From Squalus acanthias (taxonomy: Eukaryota): a stretch of DNA of 64,000 nucleotides. Below are positions 48,076-61,733 of this stretch, piece by piece. How positions within the stretch are numbered: position 1 is the first letter of the stretch; each line of letters begins with the position of its first letter. The notes below the pieces were generated by a model. That model saw only the letters and a list, made by a program, of their open reading frames with translations. It was not told where the DNA came from and made no database searches. The DNA lies in assembly GCA_030390025.1 (NCBI GenBank), contig CM059432.1:55678001-55742000 (forward strand), in the 5' to 3' direction. The position numbers and the translations under genes are program-made.

Positions 48076-51000
48076 CCATAAGGACATAAGAAATAAGAGC
48101 AGGAGTAGGCCATTCCGCCCCTCGGGCCTGCTCCGCCATTCAATAAGATCATGGCTGATCTTCTACCTCAACTCCACTTTCCTGCAATATCCCCATATCC
48201 TTTGATTCCCTTAATATCCAAAAATCTATCGATCTCTGTCTTGAATATACTCAACGACTGAGCCTCCAGAGCCATCTGGGGTAGAGAATGCCAAAGATTC
48301 ACCAGCCTCTGAGTGAAGAAATTTCTCCTCATCTCAGTCCTAAATGGCCAACCCCTTGTTCTGAGACTGTGACCCCTGGTTCTAGACTCCCCAGCCAGGG
48401 GAAACATCCTCCCTGCATCTACCCTGCCAAGCCCTGTAAGAATTTTGTATGTTTCAATGAGATCACCTCTCATTCTTCTAAACTCTAGAGAATATAGGCC
48501 TAGTCTACTCAATCTCTCCTCATAGGACAATCCCCCCATCCCAGGAATCAGTCTGGTGAATCTTCCTTGCACTCCCCCTATTGCAAGTATATCCTTCCTT
48601 AGGTAAGAAGACCAAAACTGTACACATTACTGCAGCTGTGGTCTCACCAGTGCCCTATATAATTGCAGTAAGACGTCTTTACTCTTATACTCAAATCCTC
48701 TTGTAATAAAAGCCAACATATCATTTGCTTTCCTAAGTGCTTGCTGTACCTGCATGTTAACTTTCAGTGATTCGTGTACAAGGACACCCAGGTCCCTCTG
48801 AACACCAACATTTCCCAATCTCTCACCATTTAAAAAATACTCTGCTTTTCTATTTTTCCTACCAAAGTGGATTACTTCACATTTCTCCACATTATATTCC
48901 ATTTGCCATGTTCTTGTCCACTCACTTAGCCTGTCTAGATCCCCTTGAAGCCTCTTTGCATCCTGCTCACAACTTAAATTCCCACCTAGCTTTGTATCAT
49001 CAACAAATTTGGATATATTACATTTGGTCCCCTCATCCAAAACATTGATGTAAATTGTGAATAGCTGAGGCCCAAGCACTGATCCTTACAGTACCCCACT
49101 AGTTACAGCCTGCCAACCCGAAAATGACCCCTTTATTCCTACTCTCTGTTTTCTGTCCGTTAACCAATCCTCAATCCATGCTAGTATATTACCCCCAATC
49201 CCATGAGCCCCAATTTTGTTCAATAACCTTTTGTGTGTCACCTTATGGAATGCCTTCTGAAAATTCAAATGCACCACATCCACTGGTTTCCCCCTTATCT
49301 ATTCTGCTAGTTACAACCTCAAAAACACGATTTCCCTTTCATAAATCCATGTTGACTCTGCATAATCCTATTATTATTTTCTAAGTGCCCTGCTACCACC
49401 TCCTTAATAATAGATTCTAGCATTTTCCCTACTACTGATGTCAGGCTAGCTGTTCCGTAGTTCCCCATTTTCTCTCTCACTCCTTTCTTAAATAGTGGGG
49501 TTACATTTGCTACCTTCCAATCTGCAGGAACGTTCCAGAATCTATGGAATTTTGGAAGATGACAACCAATGCATCCACTATCTCTATAGGCATCTCTTTT
49601 AAAACTCTAGGATATAGGCCATCAGGTCCAGGGGATTTATTGGCTTTCAGTCCCATTAATTTCTCCAGTACTATGTTTTTACTAATAATAATTTCTTTCA
49701 TTTCCTCATTCTCGCTAGACCCTTGGTTCTCCACTGTTTCCGGGAGGTTTTTTTCGTCTTCTTCCATGAAGACAGACACAAAGGCCGCGATTTTGCCGGA
49801 GCTCAGAGGGCAGGTCAGCTGTTAAACTCGAAATGATTGACAGTGGGTTGGGAACCCACCACGGCCCCGCCTCCATGTAAGTTTCCAAAGTGTTGGGTCT
49901 GCGATTCCAGAACAGACCCGACACCAAGCGGCGGGTGAGGTATTTAAGATAGTTAACTGCTTGTTCAGTGCTTGTTAACTACTATTTTGCCAGCCTATTT
50001 CTATTTTCCCACATTTCTAACGGGGTTCCCATCGTTCAGAGATCACGTTAGGTAAGTAGGTCGGGTTCTCTGTGTCTCCCCATTGCTGTGAATAGGTGAC
50101 AGCTGCAAAAGTGGAATGAAAGCTACCATTTCACAGCTAGTCACTTTCCAATGTCAGAAGCTTGTGCCTTCAGGACTTGGAAGACACTTTTGAGCTGTAT
50201 GCAGTTTGGAAGTGTTTGGAGTAAACGTTCTATCCACTGTCACCTCCTTGGAGCAAGCTCTCCCACCACTGACAGATCGCTTCTGTCATCTCAACTTCAG
50301 CTGCTATGTATTCCAGCAACATCAGTGGCCTTGGTGTGAGTAAGGATGTGCAGGAGTAGGGTAGGGGAGGCAGAGTTATGGGGATATGATGAGTGGCACA
50401 GCAGGACGAGGTTGAGTGTGGCTTTGCAGTAATGTTTTGTGATCTACTGAGATCATTGAAAGGTTTGCGCCACTGCAGCCTGGTCCTCCTGACAGCATCC
50501 CTGCTTGTGCCCTCCTGTGCAATGTGCAACCAGGCTGCGTTGGTGTCCTGGGGAGTTCTCTTCCGCCCATGGGAAGGGAAGAGAACCTCTCTGTGTGCTG
50601 TGACTCCCTCCATAAGCATATGGAGGGAGTCATGCGAGAGCCTGGGTGCAGCCGTGCACCTTTTTGCAGTGCTTGTCAGTGTTTGCAGCACCTCAATGCT
50701 GCAGAACACTGACAGCACAACTGTCAAAATGAATGTGGTCATGGTCTCTTTAAGGAAACTGGCTGATGACGCATCATCAAATGACATGATCAGACCTTCC
50801 TTTTAATTAGCCGGGATCCCCACAGGGCTGGCTTAACAAGCCCTATTAACGGAAAATCCTTTTGACAGAGCGGCTGCAGCCGGGAGCGGAACCGGAACCC
50901 GCCAACCAGCTCTCCCGCCGCGAACCTGCCTCCGCTGGGAAAATCCAGCCCAAAGTATTTGTTTAATTTCTCTGCCATTTCCTTATTCCCCATTATAATT

Positions 51001-52280
51001 TCTCCTCTTCCAGCCTGTAAGGGACCCACAGTTACTTTCACTAATCTTTTCCTTTTTACATACCTATAGAAGCTTTTACAGTCTGTTTTTATGTCTCTCA
51101 CTAGTTTACTCATTCTATTTTCCCTTTCTTTATCAATTTCTTGGTCGTCCTTTGCTGAATTCTAAAATCCTCCCAATCCTCAGGCTTACTACTCTTTCTG
51201 GCAACATTATAAGCCTCTTCCTTTAATCTAATATTATCTATAATTTCTCTTGTTAGCCACGGTTGGACCATTTTTCCCGTGGTGTTTTTATTCCTTAAGG
51301 GAATGTATATTCGTTGCAAATTATGAATTATTTCTTTAAATGTTTGCCATTGCTTTTCTACTGTCATATCTTTTAATCTAGTTTCCCAACCTACCTTAGC
51401 CAACTCGCCTCTCATACCTACGTAGTTTGCTTTGTTCAAGTTTAGGACCCTAGTTTCGGACTTAACTAAATTACTCTCAAACTCCACATAAAATTCTATC
51501 GTATTATGATCACTACTCCCCAGAGGCCCCTTTACTACAAGGTTATTAATTAATCCTGTCTCATTGCACAGTACTAGATCTAAAATAGCCAATTCCCTCG
51601 TAGGTTCCTTGACATACTGATCTAGAAAACTATCTTGAATGCATTCCATGAACTCTTCCTCTGCACTATTTCTGCAAATTTGGTTTGCCCAGTCTATATG
51701 AAAGTTAAAGTCCCCCATGATTACTGTATTACCCTTGTTACATGCATCTCTAATTTCCTGATTTATACTCTGCCTGACACTACAACCACTGTTAGGGGGC
51801 CTATAGACTACTCCCACTAGTGTTTTTTGCCCCTTGTTGTTTCTTAGCTCCACCCAAACTGATTCTACATTTTGTTTTTCCGAGCCAAGATCCTTTCTCT
51901 CTACTGTCTTTATTCCCTCCTTTATTGTCAGGGCTAGCCCTCCTCCTTTTCCATTCTGCCTGTCTCTTCTAAAAGTCAAATATCCTGGAATATTTAGTTC
52001 CCAATCTTGGTCACTCTGCAACTAGGTCTCTGTAATGGCTATTAAATCAAACCCATTTATTTCTATCTGCGCTATTAATTTATCTATTTTGTTGCGAATG
52101 CTTCGTGCATTCAGATATAGCTTTAGCTTTAACTTTTTTCTATTTTCCCTGATGTCACTTTAGTCACTAATGCCCTATTACCTTTATTAATCTTTCTGTC
52201 CCTTCCTGACCCACTCTGCCTATCTTTACCCAGCTCACTACTCTGCACTACTCTGCTCTACAGCCTTGACATTTCTCTTA
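48076..52280 (-). mobile_element. CR1 LINE ORF2 region, decayed, interrupted by Harbinger derivative
   Basis: Endonuclease ORF 51110-52021 (VVYRPPN, MGDFN, SDHN), RT fragments 48168-49779 and a tail near 48076. Confidence 0.95.
49783..50951 (-). mobile_element. Harbinger deletion derivative with Myb exon-1 remnant
   Basis: TIRs GGCCGCGATTTT / AAAATCCAGCCC and TSD AAA/AAA. ORF 50230-50787 contains APRLSHDSL...W...RKPFNDL. Confidence 0.9.
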
Positions 52281-52949
52281 CCATGCATCTAGTCAATCAT
52301 CAACAGTACCCTGGAGTACTGCAGACTTAGTTCATCAATCAGATTACCCAGTATGCCACAAGGCTTGGTTCTGAACCTCCATCAACTGCCGTGTGGTATT
52401 AGAGCCACCTTGACCCATGCTTGACCACCAAAGAGACCCACTTATCTTTCCTCCCCCACAAGAAGAATAGTCACTAGTTACACATTAAGACACATGACAA
52501 GCGTGGTTTTGAGCCATCGGTCAGTAGACAGCAGATACCAAGATCTCCTCACAAACGGCATGGTGAGCAGCACAACTTACCATGAAATGTGAGTATATTG
52601 CTACTGTCCTGCTGACCACACCATTAACATACACCTTACCCCATAAAATGGTAGTCCCACCAGTTGGAGGTGCAGAGCTTCAACAGTAGCTGCTTACTTC
52701 TCTGCAACCCAATCATAGTGGGCATCAACACCTAAATATATAAGTGTCTCTTCTCATTTCCCGGCCTCCAGGTAATGTATTCTAGAAGCTGCTGTCCCAA
52801 GTCTCAGAGTTTCCTCATCAACTACATGATGGACATCTACCTTCAGTGTGGTTGAAGGATCCAAACAGGACAGTGTGCAACATAGCAACTACTTTAATGT
52901 TCTAAATGTCTAAGTTCATTGCCCTGTACCAAATTTACTCATTACTTAA

Positions 52950-53515
52950 TCCATTGGAGTTCAGAAGAATGAGAAGCGATCTTATTGAAACATATAAGAT
53001 TGTGAAGGGGTTGGATCGGGTGAGCGAGGAGGATGTTCCCGATGACGGGTGAGACTAGAACTAGGGGACATAGTCTTAGAATAAGGGGCTGCTCTTTCAA
53101 AACTGAGATGAGGAGGAACTACTTCACTCAGAGGGTGGTAGGTCCATGGAATATGCTGCCACAAAAAGCTGTAGAAGCTACATCATTAAATAAATTTAAA
53201 ACAGAAATAGACAGTTTCCTAGAAGTAAAGGGCATTAAGGGTTACGGGGAGCGGGCAGGAATTTGGACATGAGTCTAGGTTCGGATCGGTCATGGCCCTG
53301 TGGGTAGTGGAGCGGGCCCAGGGACCGTGTAGCCTGATTCTGCTCCTATTTCGTGTGTGCAATTCTGTTAGATGCAGGAGATGGTTCTGTGATAGTAGAT
53401 AGTAGATTGGCGGTTAGGATCAGATCAGCCATGATCTTATTGAATGGCGGAGCAGGCTCGAGGGGCCGATTGGCCTACTCCTGCTCCTATTTCTTATGTT
53501 ATGTTCTTATGTTCT
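52950..53515 (+). mobile_element. CR1 3' fragment
   Basis: TRGHSLRI...RRNYFTQRVV..WN.LP followed by the CR1 3' UTR and a TTCTTATG tail. Confidence 0.88.
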
Positions 53516-55198
53516 AGGCCCTCATGTGAGGGGTTTTGGCAAAGAGTCGAGCATGCTGTGAGACTGCCTCCCTCTTTGGAATACTCAGTGACATGCCAGT
53601 GTAGGCCGGAGCTATTCCCCGCTTTGCAACAATTCTATCCTACATCTTGTCCTTGATTCCACATGTAAGAACCTTTGCCATTGCTTGCCCAGGAGTTTTG
53701 AATCATGAAGGAGAACTATTTTGAAGTAGTTTATATGGGCTGATTCATTGGTAGCGCACTCCACAGATGAGACCAGCCCACCAAGTTATGTCTACTAAGA
53801 GCTTTAAAAAAAATGAAGAGAAACAATACTCAATTTATACATACACACTGCAAGCAGGCACTACAAAATGGTAAGTTTTGTTTTGCATCTGCTTTACAAA
53901 TTAAATGAAATGTTATGGAGCAGACTGGTTACAGGACCCATGACAAAGACACATTTTGCATCTCTTAAACACCGTGCTAACCCAGCATACATTAACCTAA
54001 TCAAACATCAGTTGTTCTAATACCAATTTAACAAAAATCCCCGCAGTAGGTGATCCAAAAGTATAATGACTTAACAGGAAACAGTGATTTTAGGCTCAAT
54101 ACCTACCTTTCCTTTGATGTGCGACAAAGAGAGAAAAAAGTATCGGGTCAGGTCATAGCAGCAGTTTGCTAGGTAAAATATCACACCTCAGAAACAATAG
54201 AACCGCCTATGTGGCTTTAGAATAGGACGCAGTCAAAGTTTGTGATAAGTATCTAGGCATTCAAAACAGTTTTTCCTTCCCATCCAATTCTCTTCCTTCC
54301 TCCTGATTTCAGGCCTCCATTAATGCTGCTATGTAATTGGCCACTAACATTTCAGCCAAATTCCCATCCTCTCAAACCATTGGCCATCATTAGATTTACA
54401 AAAATTAGACCAGATTAAGTTTACATAGTCTCTGCAATACTGTAAATAAGACAAATGTCTCAACACACAAACACCTATTGAATTGTTCAGCAGTGATGGA
54501 ACACAAGAATAATTCATAGAGCGACTTTGGGAATATATAGCTCACAAGTTTCTGGGACAGCACAGTGGTACAGCATATTGTGGCGACAATATACCACATG
54601 TCCATTGCATACAATAAAATGCAACTGAAACACTGAATTATGAACAGAACTCATGGGTATCATCAGAATTAATTCCAGGGTAGCAAATCAAATTGTAAAT
54701 AATGTCGTCACTCAGGCTACTCCTTTAATGCAATATATTAATTCAAAACAACTGGAGAAACACAATGTGAATATCACTTGCTAAGAGTTTTTAAGGTGCA
54801 CCTTCCTGAAATCACATAACATGTTCATCCATTGTATGAAACAGAATAACTAAGTGTAATAACTTTATTATAATATTTACTGCTACACTATAACTCAGTA
54901 TATGCTCAAATAAAACTTAACTCTCCTCTCTCATGCAAGCGATGATGTAAATATTGCATTTGCTGAATCCTTTCACCTGCCGTGAGCCAAACAGGACAAG
55001 TTAAGTTGTTGTGTTTTCTAAAATTTCACCAGAAATCTGTATTAGCATAGAATTTAGGATCTATACAAGAGAAAGTTCAAAGATATATCACAGTCTCATA
55101 GGGTCAAATGACGTGAAGAAACTGAAACATTGATATCGGAACTGTCCATCATGTTATGGCCTCATAATTACTTTCCAGTTCTACATTATCTCATTATA

Positions 55199-55302
55199 CC
55201 TGCCCTAATTTCTCCTTATGTGGCTCGGTGTCAAATCCTGTGAAGCGCCTTGGGGCATTTTGCTACGTTAAAGGCGCTATATAAATACAAGTTGTTGTTG
55301 TT
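55199..55302 (+). mobile_element. L2 3' tail
   Basis: GGCGCTATATAAATACAAG(TTG)n, matching 2740-2871. Confidence 0.7.
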
Positions 55303-56425
55303 TATCTCACAGTACTCAGCTGTCACTCTGAACTGATTACCCCAACAAATTAAAATGCACACTGTTGTTCCAGAAAATTCATAAATGCGGTCTTGTCTCA
55401 TTGGCAGTGCTCATCTGTACTTCTTACACTACATACTCAGAGGTTTAAATCTACAGATGTTTGCCCAGGGTTAATGATATATGTCATGCTATTTTGAGCA
55501 TCTATTTGCATTACCCAATTTGGCAGCCTTTCATGCATTAACCTCTTCCTAGAAGAATTTAGCACAATACTATAATTGACAAAGTGCCATCATTTCATGG
55601 GAAACACTGAATCATTACACAATAAATGCAAATGAAGCCATCTCAGTCACCATAGGATACCATTGTAATATTTTTTATTAACATAAAATACATCATAGCA
55701 CCAAGCAGATGCCAGCAACATTTATTAAAAGAATAGACACTCATGTTGATAGTTCTTAAAACTGGATCAGGTATTTTTCTGCATGACCTTTTAAATATTT
55801 ATATCACTCACAGTACAGTAACTACAAGTCTTAATGGCCCTTTACAGAGTTACTTGCTAATGTAGAATCATAGTCCAAATGTGGCAATGTCAGGCTTACT
55901 GTTTAGAATAAAATGTAAGAGGGTTTTGCTGATTCCAAAGAGTTATGAAGATTTATTATTTCAGAAGAGTACAAGATCAGCAAAAAAATCAGAGTCAAAA
56001 GATGTCTCCGCATAATACATTAATGAGGATTACTGCAGCTATCACTATAGTGATTAACAATAAACACCAAGGGGGAGAAATTCATTATAGCCCAAGAATG
56101 GGCAGTAACTTCAGAAAAGTTAGAGATTTAGCGGCAGGCGCTAATGAATCACGCTGTACGCTAAATTAAGTCTCATCGCTCTAAGAAAGGATGGGAGCGC
56201 TAAATCAAGCACTAACGGCCTAGCTCAGTGGCGTTACACTCAAAGCGCTAACCAATTTCAGGTGCAGTCTAATCGCAAGTCATCATTGCCACAGGCTCTT
56301 TCCAGTTCTTAAAGGGGAGTTCATTGATGCTGCAGAACCTCATTCTCACCATTGCTGGCTGTGAACCTGTGTCAGCAAGCAGGAGAACACCAAGTCCAAG
56401 AAGCCGGACGACTCACCCAGCTCTC

Positions 56426-58269
56426 ATGATGGCAGATCCACACCCCAGGGAGAGAGCCTGCAGATTCTCCGACCAAGCATTGGAGGAGTTGGTACCCACT
56501 ATGGAAAGACGGAGGGCGGTCCCGCACCCGGCAAGTGGCAGGAGGCCCTCGTCCCAAGTCTTCCGCGCCATGTGGAGGGAGGTTGCCCATCATGATTCGG
56601 GCAGCACTGTAGTCCCCAGGACCCACACACAGTGCAAGAAGAAGTTTAACGACCTCACTCGGGTGGTCAGGGTGAGTCAATGCCTCAACAAATGCTACAT
56701 ACCACCGTCTGAACCACAGTCTTCACACACTGCCCAAAGCACCGCACCCCCAGCACTCACCCACCAATAATCTCTACCTACCAACACTCACACCCACATC
56801 TGACACCTTGCACACAATAACAACTGTCCAACTATGGCACGCACATCACCCAAACACATTGCTCCACCCTCACTCACACACTTTCCTTTCTCTTGCAGGC
56901 CAAGGTGGCGCATAACAGGAGGGAGCAGGAGCGCACAGGCGGGGGACAAGCTGACACCCAACCACTGTCAGAGCTGGAAAACAGGGTGTTGAACATTATT
57001 GGGTGCCAGGTGGTGGGCGCCATGGCCACTGGCGATGTTGACCCCCTTGATGACAACAACGGTGTGTTCATCCCTACTCCTTCTTCTCACATCCCACTTC
57101 CCCCTCACCTGACAAGCCTTTCACATTTTCCAGCTAATCATGATGTATGCATGCTTTTCTCCCTTCCTGCCCCCCTCCCCTCATCTTAACCCGACTCCTG
57201 TGCCTTTATGCTTTCAGATAATGACCAAGCACCTGAGCAGCCTGTCCCTGAGGGCACCATTGACAACGAGGCGGGAGAAGTGGAGGCGGAAGAACCAGCT
57301 CAGATACTGGCACTACGTGTTCTTTAGAGGCTAGTATAGTAGCGGGATCTGCACAGGGTGATGCATCAGGAACGAGCGGGCTGCAGCAAGGCTAGGGGAA
57401 AAGGGTAGCTCGGGGGCCAGTTCCCTGGAGGGCGAGATTGGCTGCACAGGACTCAGATGAGGACTTCGATGAGGAGGCCTTTAGAAGAAGGGTGATGGGC
57501 ATGCACATGGAGATGCTAGGTGCAATGGCAAGGGTGCCCGAGAGCCTGTTGGCAATGGTAAGGAGTGTGGAGGAGTTCGCCTCCAACATTGCACAAAGCT
57601 CTGTGCACACCATGGAGCCCAATATTTCCAGTCTGGAAAGGATGATAGACTCCCAGAGACCGTGGCGACCCAGACGTGATGCCGCATGTGCTGGGCGATC
57701 TGGCAGCTTCCAATGCAGCAGAAGTGACGCAACGTCTTAGTGCTGTAATGCAGTTTATGCTTGGTGCCATTCAATCTCAGACTGCCCTCATGCAGTCTCA
57801 GCTTGATGCCACGCAAGCTCTGACTGCTGCCATCGTGGCTGAATCTACCACCGTCGACTGGGGCTTTCACGGTATCACAGCAGGCCAGCAATCTGTGCTC
57901 CAACAGATTGCTAGGGATGCTGAGGTGCTGCCCCGGGGGAGTGGCAGTGGGTCAGTGGAGCAGGAACCTGCTGTCCTCTCTCAGGATGACAGCATTCCTA
58001 TTCCCACCACTGCCACTCCACCACTGCCTGTCATCCAGCCAGCCCAGACTGCTGCCGCCCATGCTGAGGTGGTGCAGTCTACTGCCGGGCCTTCCAGGCC
58101 CAGAGCTGGTCGAGGGCGTCCTGCAAGGCCATCTGAAGTCTCCCGCACGGACACTCAGCAGCCTTCCACCAGGCCTGCTGCAGAAACTTGGCCAATACTT
58201 CATAGGAGCACTAGAGTAGGCAAAGGCACAGTAACAAAAGGCACTAAGGGACTGCACAAAGGTGAATAG
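56426..58269 (+). pseudogene. Harbinger Myb/SANT-like gene, exons 56426-56671, 56899-57061, 57218-58269 (exon 3 disrupted)
   Basis: RFSDQALEEL...RTHTQCKKKFNDLTRVVR and AKVAHNRREQERTGGG. The C-terminus is homologous to 34733-35623. Confidence 0.85.
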
Positions 58270-58434
58270 TTAATATTGTTGTTGTAAATATGTGTTCACT
58301 GATTATGGATAAATTTATTATTTGAATTCGGATAATTTTGTGCTGTCTCTCATTTCAGATTTGCGCTGTGATATGGCCTGTGACAGGGATGGAATGATGG
58401 GGATGTGGTGAGCAACGGGGATCTGGGGTTTAAT

Positions 58435-59605
58435 TCATTCGAACCGCAGTCTGATGAGGTGGTCACAGACTGCCCTTCCAGAAGGCCAATTGAGTGGCTG
58501 CCTTCTTCCTCGCTCCTGTTCCTCCTCATCATACTCCTCGTCTTCCTCGTTATCCTCCTCCTCCTCCTCTCCCTCTTCCTCCTCCTGAAGTGGTCCCGCA
58601 ATCCTTGGTGGCAAGGGCTGGGCCCTCATGATGGCCAAGTTGTGGAGCATGCAGCAGACCACGACGAAATGGGACACCCACTCAGCCGAGTACTGGAGGG
58701 CTTCTCCCAAGCGGTCAAGGCAGCGGAACCATTGTTTGAGCACCCTGATGGTCTGCTCGATGATATTTCTGGTGGCGGCATGGCTCTCATTATATGAGTG
58801 CTGGGCAGGAGTGTTGAGGTTGCGGATGGGAGTCATGAGCCATGTGGGGAGCGGATAGCCCTTGTCTCCGACCAGCCAACCGCAAGCTTGACTTGGTGGC
58901 TGGAAGAGTGCTGGCACACTGGTCTGGCACAGGCTGCTGCCAGGATAGTGGGCATTCACATTGAGGATTCGCTGTCTGTGGTCGCACACCAACTGCACAT
59001 TAAGTGAGTGGTAACCTTTGCGGTTACGGAAGATCTCAGGTTTGTTATGCGGTGCCCGCAAAGCCACGTGGATGCAGTCAATGGCGCCCTGCACCATGGA
59101 GAATCCCACTATCCTGACAAAGCCACATGCATGCTCGTCCTGCTTCTCTCTGGTGATGGCTAAGGAAATGTAGTCCCTTCTCCTACTGTAGAGAGCCTCT
59201 GTGACCTCCCGGATGCAGTGATGGACGGCAAACTGTGAGATGTTAGCTATAGCTCCTGTTGCAGACTGGAAGGATCCGCTGGCGAAGAAATTGAGGGCGA
59301 TGGTGACCTTGACTGCCACTGAGAGCCGTGCTCGTCCTAATCTGAGGCTCGAGGTCTGGTTGCAGGAGGCGGCAGAGTTCTGTGACCACCTCCTTGCTAA
59401 AGCAGAGCCTTCTAATACACTGCTCCTCGCTTAATTGAAGGTAGGAGAAGTGCTGTCAGAATACCCTCGGAGGGTAAGGCCTCCTGTTGAGAGCCCTGAT
59501 GGCCCTCCTCCTCCCTCTGTCCACATGTTCCAATCTTTCTCGCTGCCTGCATTCCCTCCGCCGTAGATCCTGGAGGGCGAGTTCGACTGCCAGTACAGCC
59601 CCCAT
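58435..59605 (-). pseudogene. Harbinger DDE transposase, disrupted
   Basis: GAIDCIH, LVGDKGY and IEQT are present. The HDAFIL motif is deleted and there are stops in the N-terminal part. Confidence 0.9.
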
Positions 59606-60203
59606 TAATGTAACGAAGTATAGCACTTTGATATGTTGTCAGAATAAATGTAACTAATTTTTAGTAGACACAACACTCCGAAGACTAAAGAACCTTTAAA
59701 TGACTGAATGAAACTGTTCCACAATGTGAAACTGACAAGGAAGCAGAGAAACAGCAGTAACCTGAGAGCTGTGACTCATTACTCATGATCCCTTTAAGTA
59801 GCGCCCCTGGAGCCAGGATCCGCCTGCTTCATGCCTCCTCTCTCTGTTGCTGTTGGGGCGAGGCGCTAAGGCAGAGGGTGATAATCAATTTGGCAGATTG
59901 AGCACCCAGTGAGCGTTGCACACTCACTGATGTCACGATCTGCCTGGCGCTAAAGTCCCCGGTGCTAAATCGTAGCGGCGATGCTAGGGGGGGACTGAAT
60001 TTGCCTCGCCTCAGTGCCCCGTTAGCGCCCCTGCCAGGTGCTAACTGGAGGCGTTAACCAACCGAATTTCTCCCCCCAACTGTCTGTTAAATCACATTTA
60101 TGTAAAGTATCTATTAACACATAGCTGCCACTTTCTAATATAAGGAGTAAGATTTTATGAATGCAGTGAAAGAGAGGGTGACAAATCTGATTTAAATATA
60201 GTA

Positions 60204-60308
60204 AAGAAGACTTGCATTTATATAGCGCCTTTCATCACCTCAGGACGCCCCAAAGCACTTTACAACCGATTAAGTACTTTTGAAGAGTACTGTAGTCACT
60301 TTTGTAAC
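60204..60308 (-). mobile_element. L2/SINE 3' tail
   Basis: Reverse complement of the 6837-6957-type tail. Confidence 0.7.
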
Positions 60309-61733
60309 TATACGAATGTTCAACTGAATCACAATATAGTCAGATAAATGCTTCAAATTAAATTTGTAACTCTTACTAAAAATCAAACTGACTTGGCAGA
60401 CAAGTTGATAATCATGAAGCACAAAGGGAACAAAAGCACTGCCAGAACAGAACATTTTCTCCCCCTTTCGCACCTCACATATAACCAACGAGCAAAAAAA
60501 CCAAGAAAACATTACTGTTGGGGAGGGGAGTGACTTTCAACGCACTCCCCCATCCCTGATAAAATACTGTGACAGAATGTCAGCCTAGAGCTTCCGCTCA
60601 GGCAAAATCCGAAGTGGAAAAATAGCAGCGCTCGATTCAAAAAGTGGCTGACCCTGCCAGAATTTCAGAAGTCAGCCTAATAGTATAACAACAATGAACT
60701 CCCAACATTACAAACTCTGGTTATTGGGAGCTGCACATCTGAGGACGGGAACTAATGTGCTGCTGCAGGAAGAATCATGTGTACATCCCACCACATATAT
60801 ACCTTAGTCTGTGCACATGAACTCACATAGTTCCCATTCATACTACCTCAATAAACCCCTGTCCAAACTTTGCCAAGAGCAATGTCTGCACACAGAACCA
60901 CTTTAGTGCAACCATAATTTTAATCAAAACGCATGCAGTGTGTGTGCCTAGTGCTTCTTACCATTGTGCTTCCCCTTGGTGCCATATCTGATGTGGGAGC
61001 CCTTAAACCTAACCTTGTGCTTATCCTAGGTGTCATCTGAGTTTAAGGAGTCAGAAAGGTGTTGTGTTTCTTTATAAACCTCATCCGTGAGAAAGCAGAT
61101 TTAGTGGTGCCATTGAGATCAGTGAAGCCAATGAAATACCTGTCTTTGTGCCAGCCCTAATTGCTTGGAGACCGGAAGGGACAGTCGAGTCCAATCTAGT
61201 GCTTCAGGCCTCCATAGCAACAGTCTGAGAATCCATGGAGGAAGCACAGACTCCTCTTAGAGCCTCAGTTGTGAGGGCCTCTGCCCACATATCAGATGAG
61301 CATGAATGTCTCTTGCAGCCACCAACATATTTTCCTCTGCATGTTCTTTCAGTCTGCTGTTGCTCCTCTTGCTGATGCCCTTGCTCCCCTTGGGAGCCTT
61401 CATCCTTAAGGGCCTTCATGAGGAGGCCCCTTTGTTTTGCAAAATTTGCGGCATACAAGACATCAGCACAATCCTTGAGAGCTCACTGGTCTGTACTTCA
61501 GGATGAGCCAGATCAACCCAGACACCTGAAGTGTGCTTTCAACATATGTCAGGTGTCCTCTATTATGTCTCATGGCTGCATGGAACTCGTTTCAGCACTT
61601 TTCAGCTGGGATTCTGGAATGGTACATAGGTATCATCACCAACGGCCAGATGCGGTGCTCAATGGGAAGCAGCAATATCGCCTACCGCAACCCAAAATGT
61701 CTGTTTCCTGCTGAACCACTGCAGAAATTCCTA

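Larger units (their letters stand above)
56071..60076 (+). mobile_element. Full-length decayed Harbinger transposon
   Basis: 13-bp TIRs GGGGGAGAAATTC / GAATTTCTCCCCC, TSD CAA/CAA and two convergent genes. Confidence 0.95.

Noticed and set aside
60590..61730. Possible very old Harbinger Myb exon-3 remnant on minus strand
   Set aside because: Only compositional resemblance (ORF 61204-61458). I could not verify a diagnostic motif or ends.
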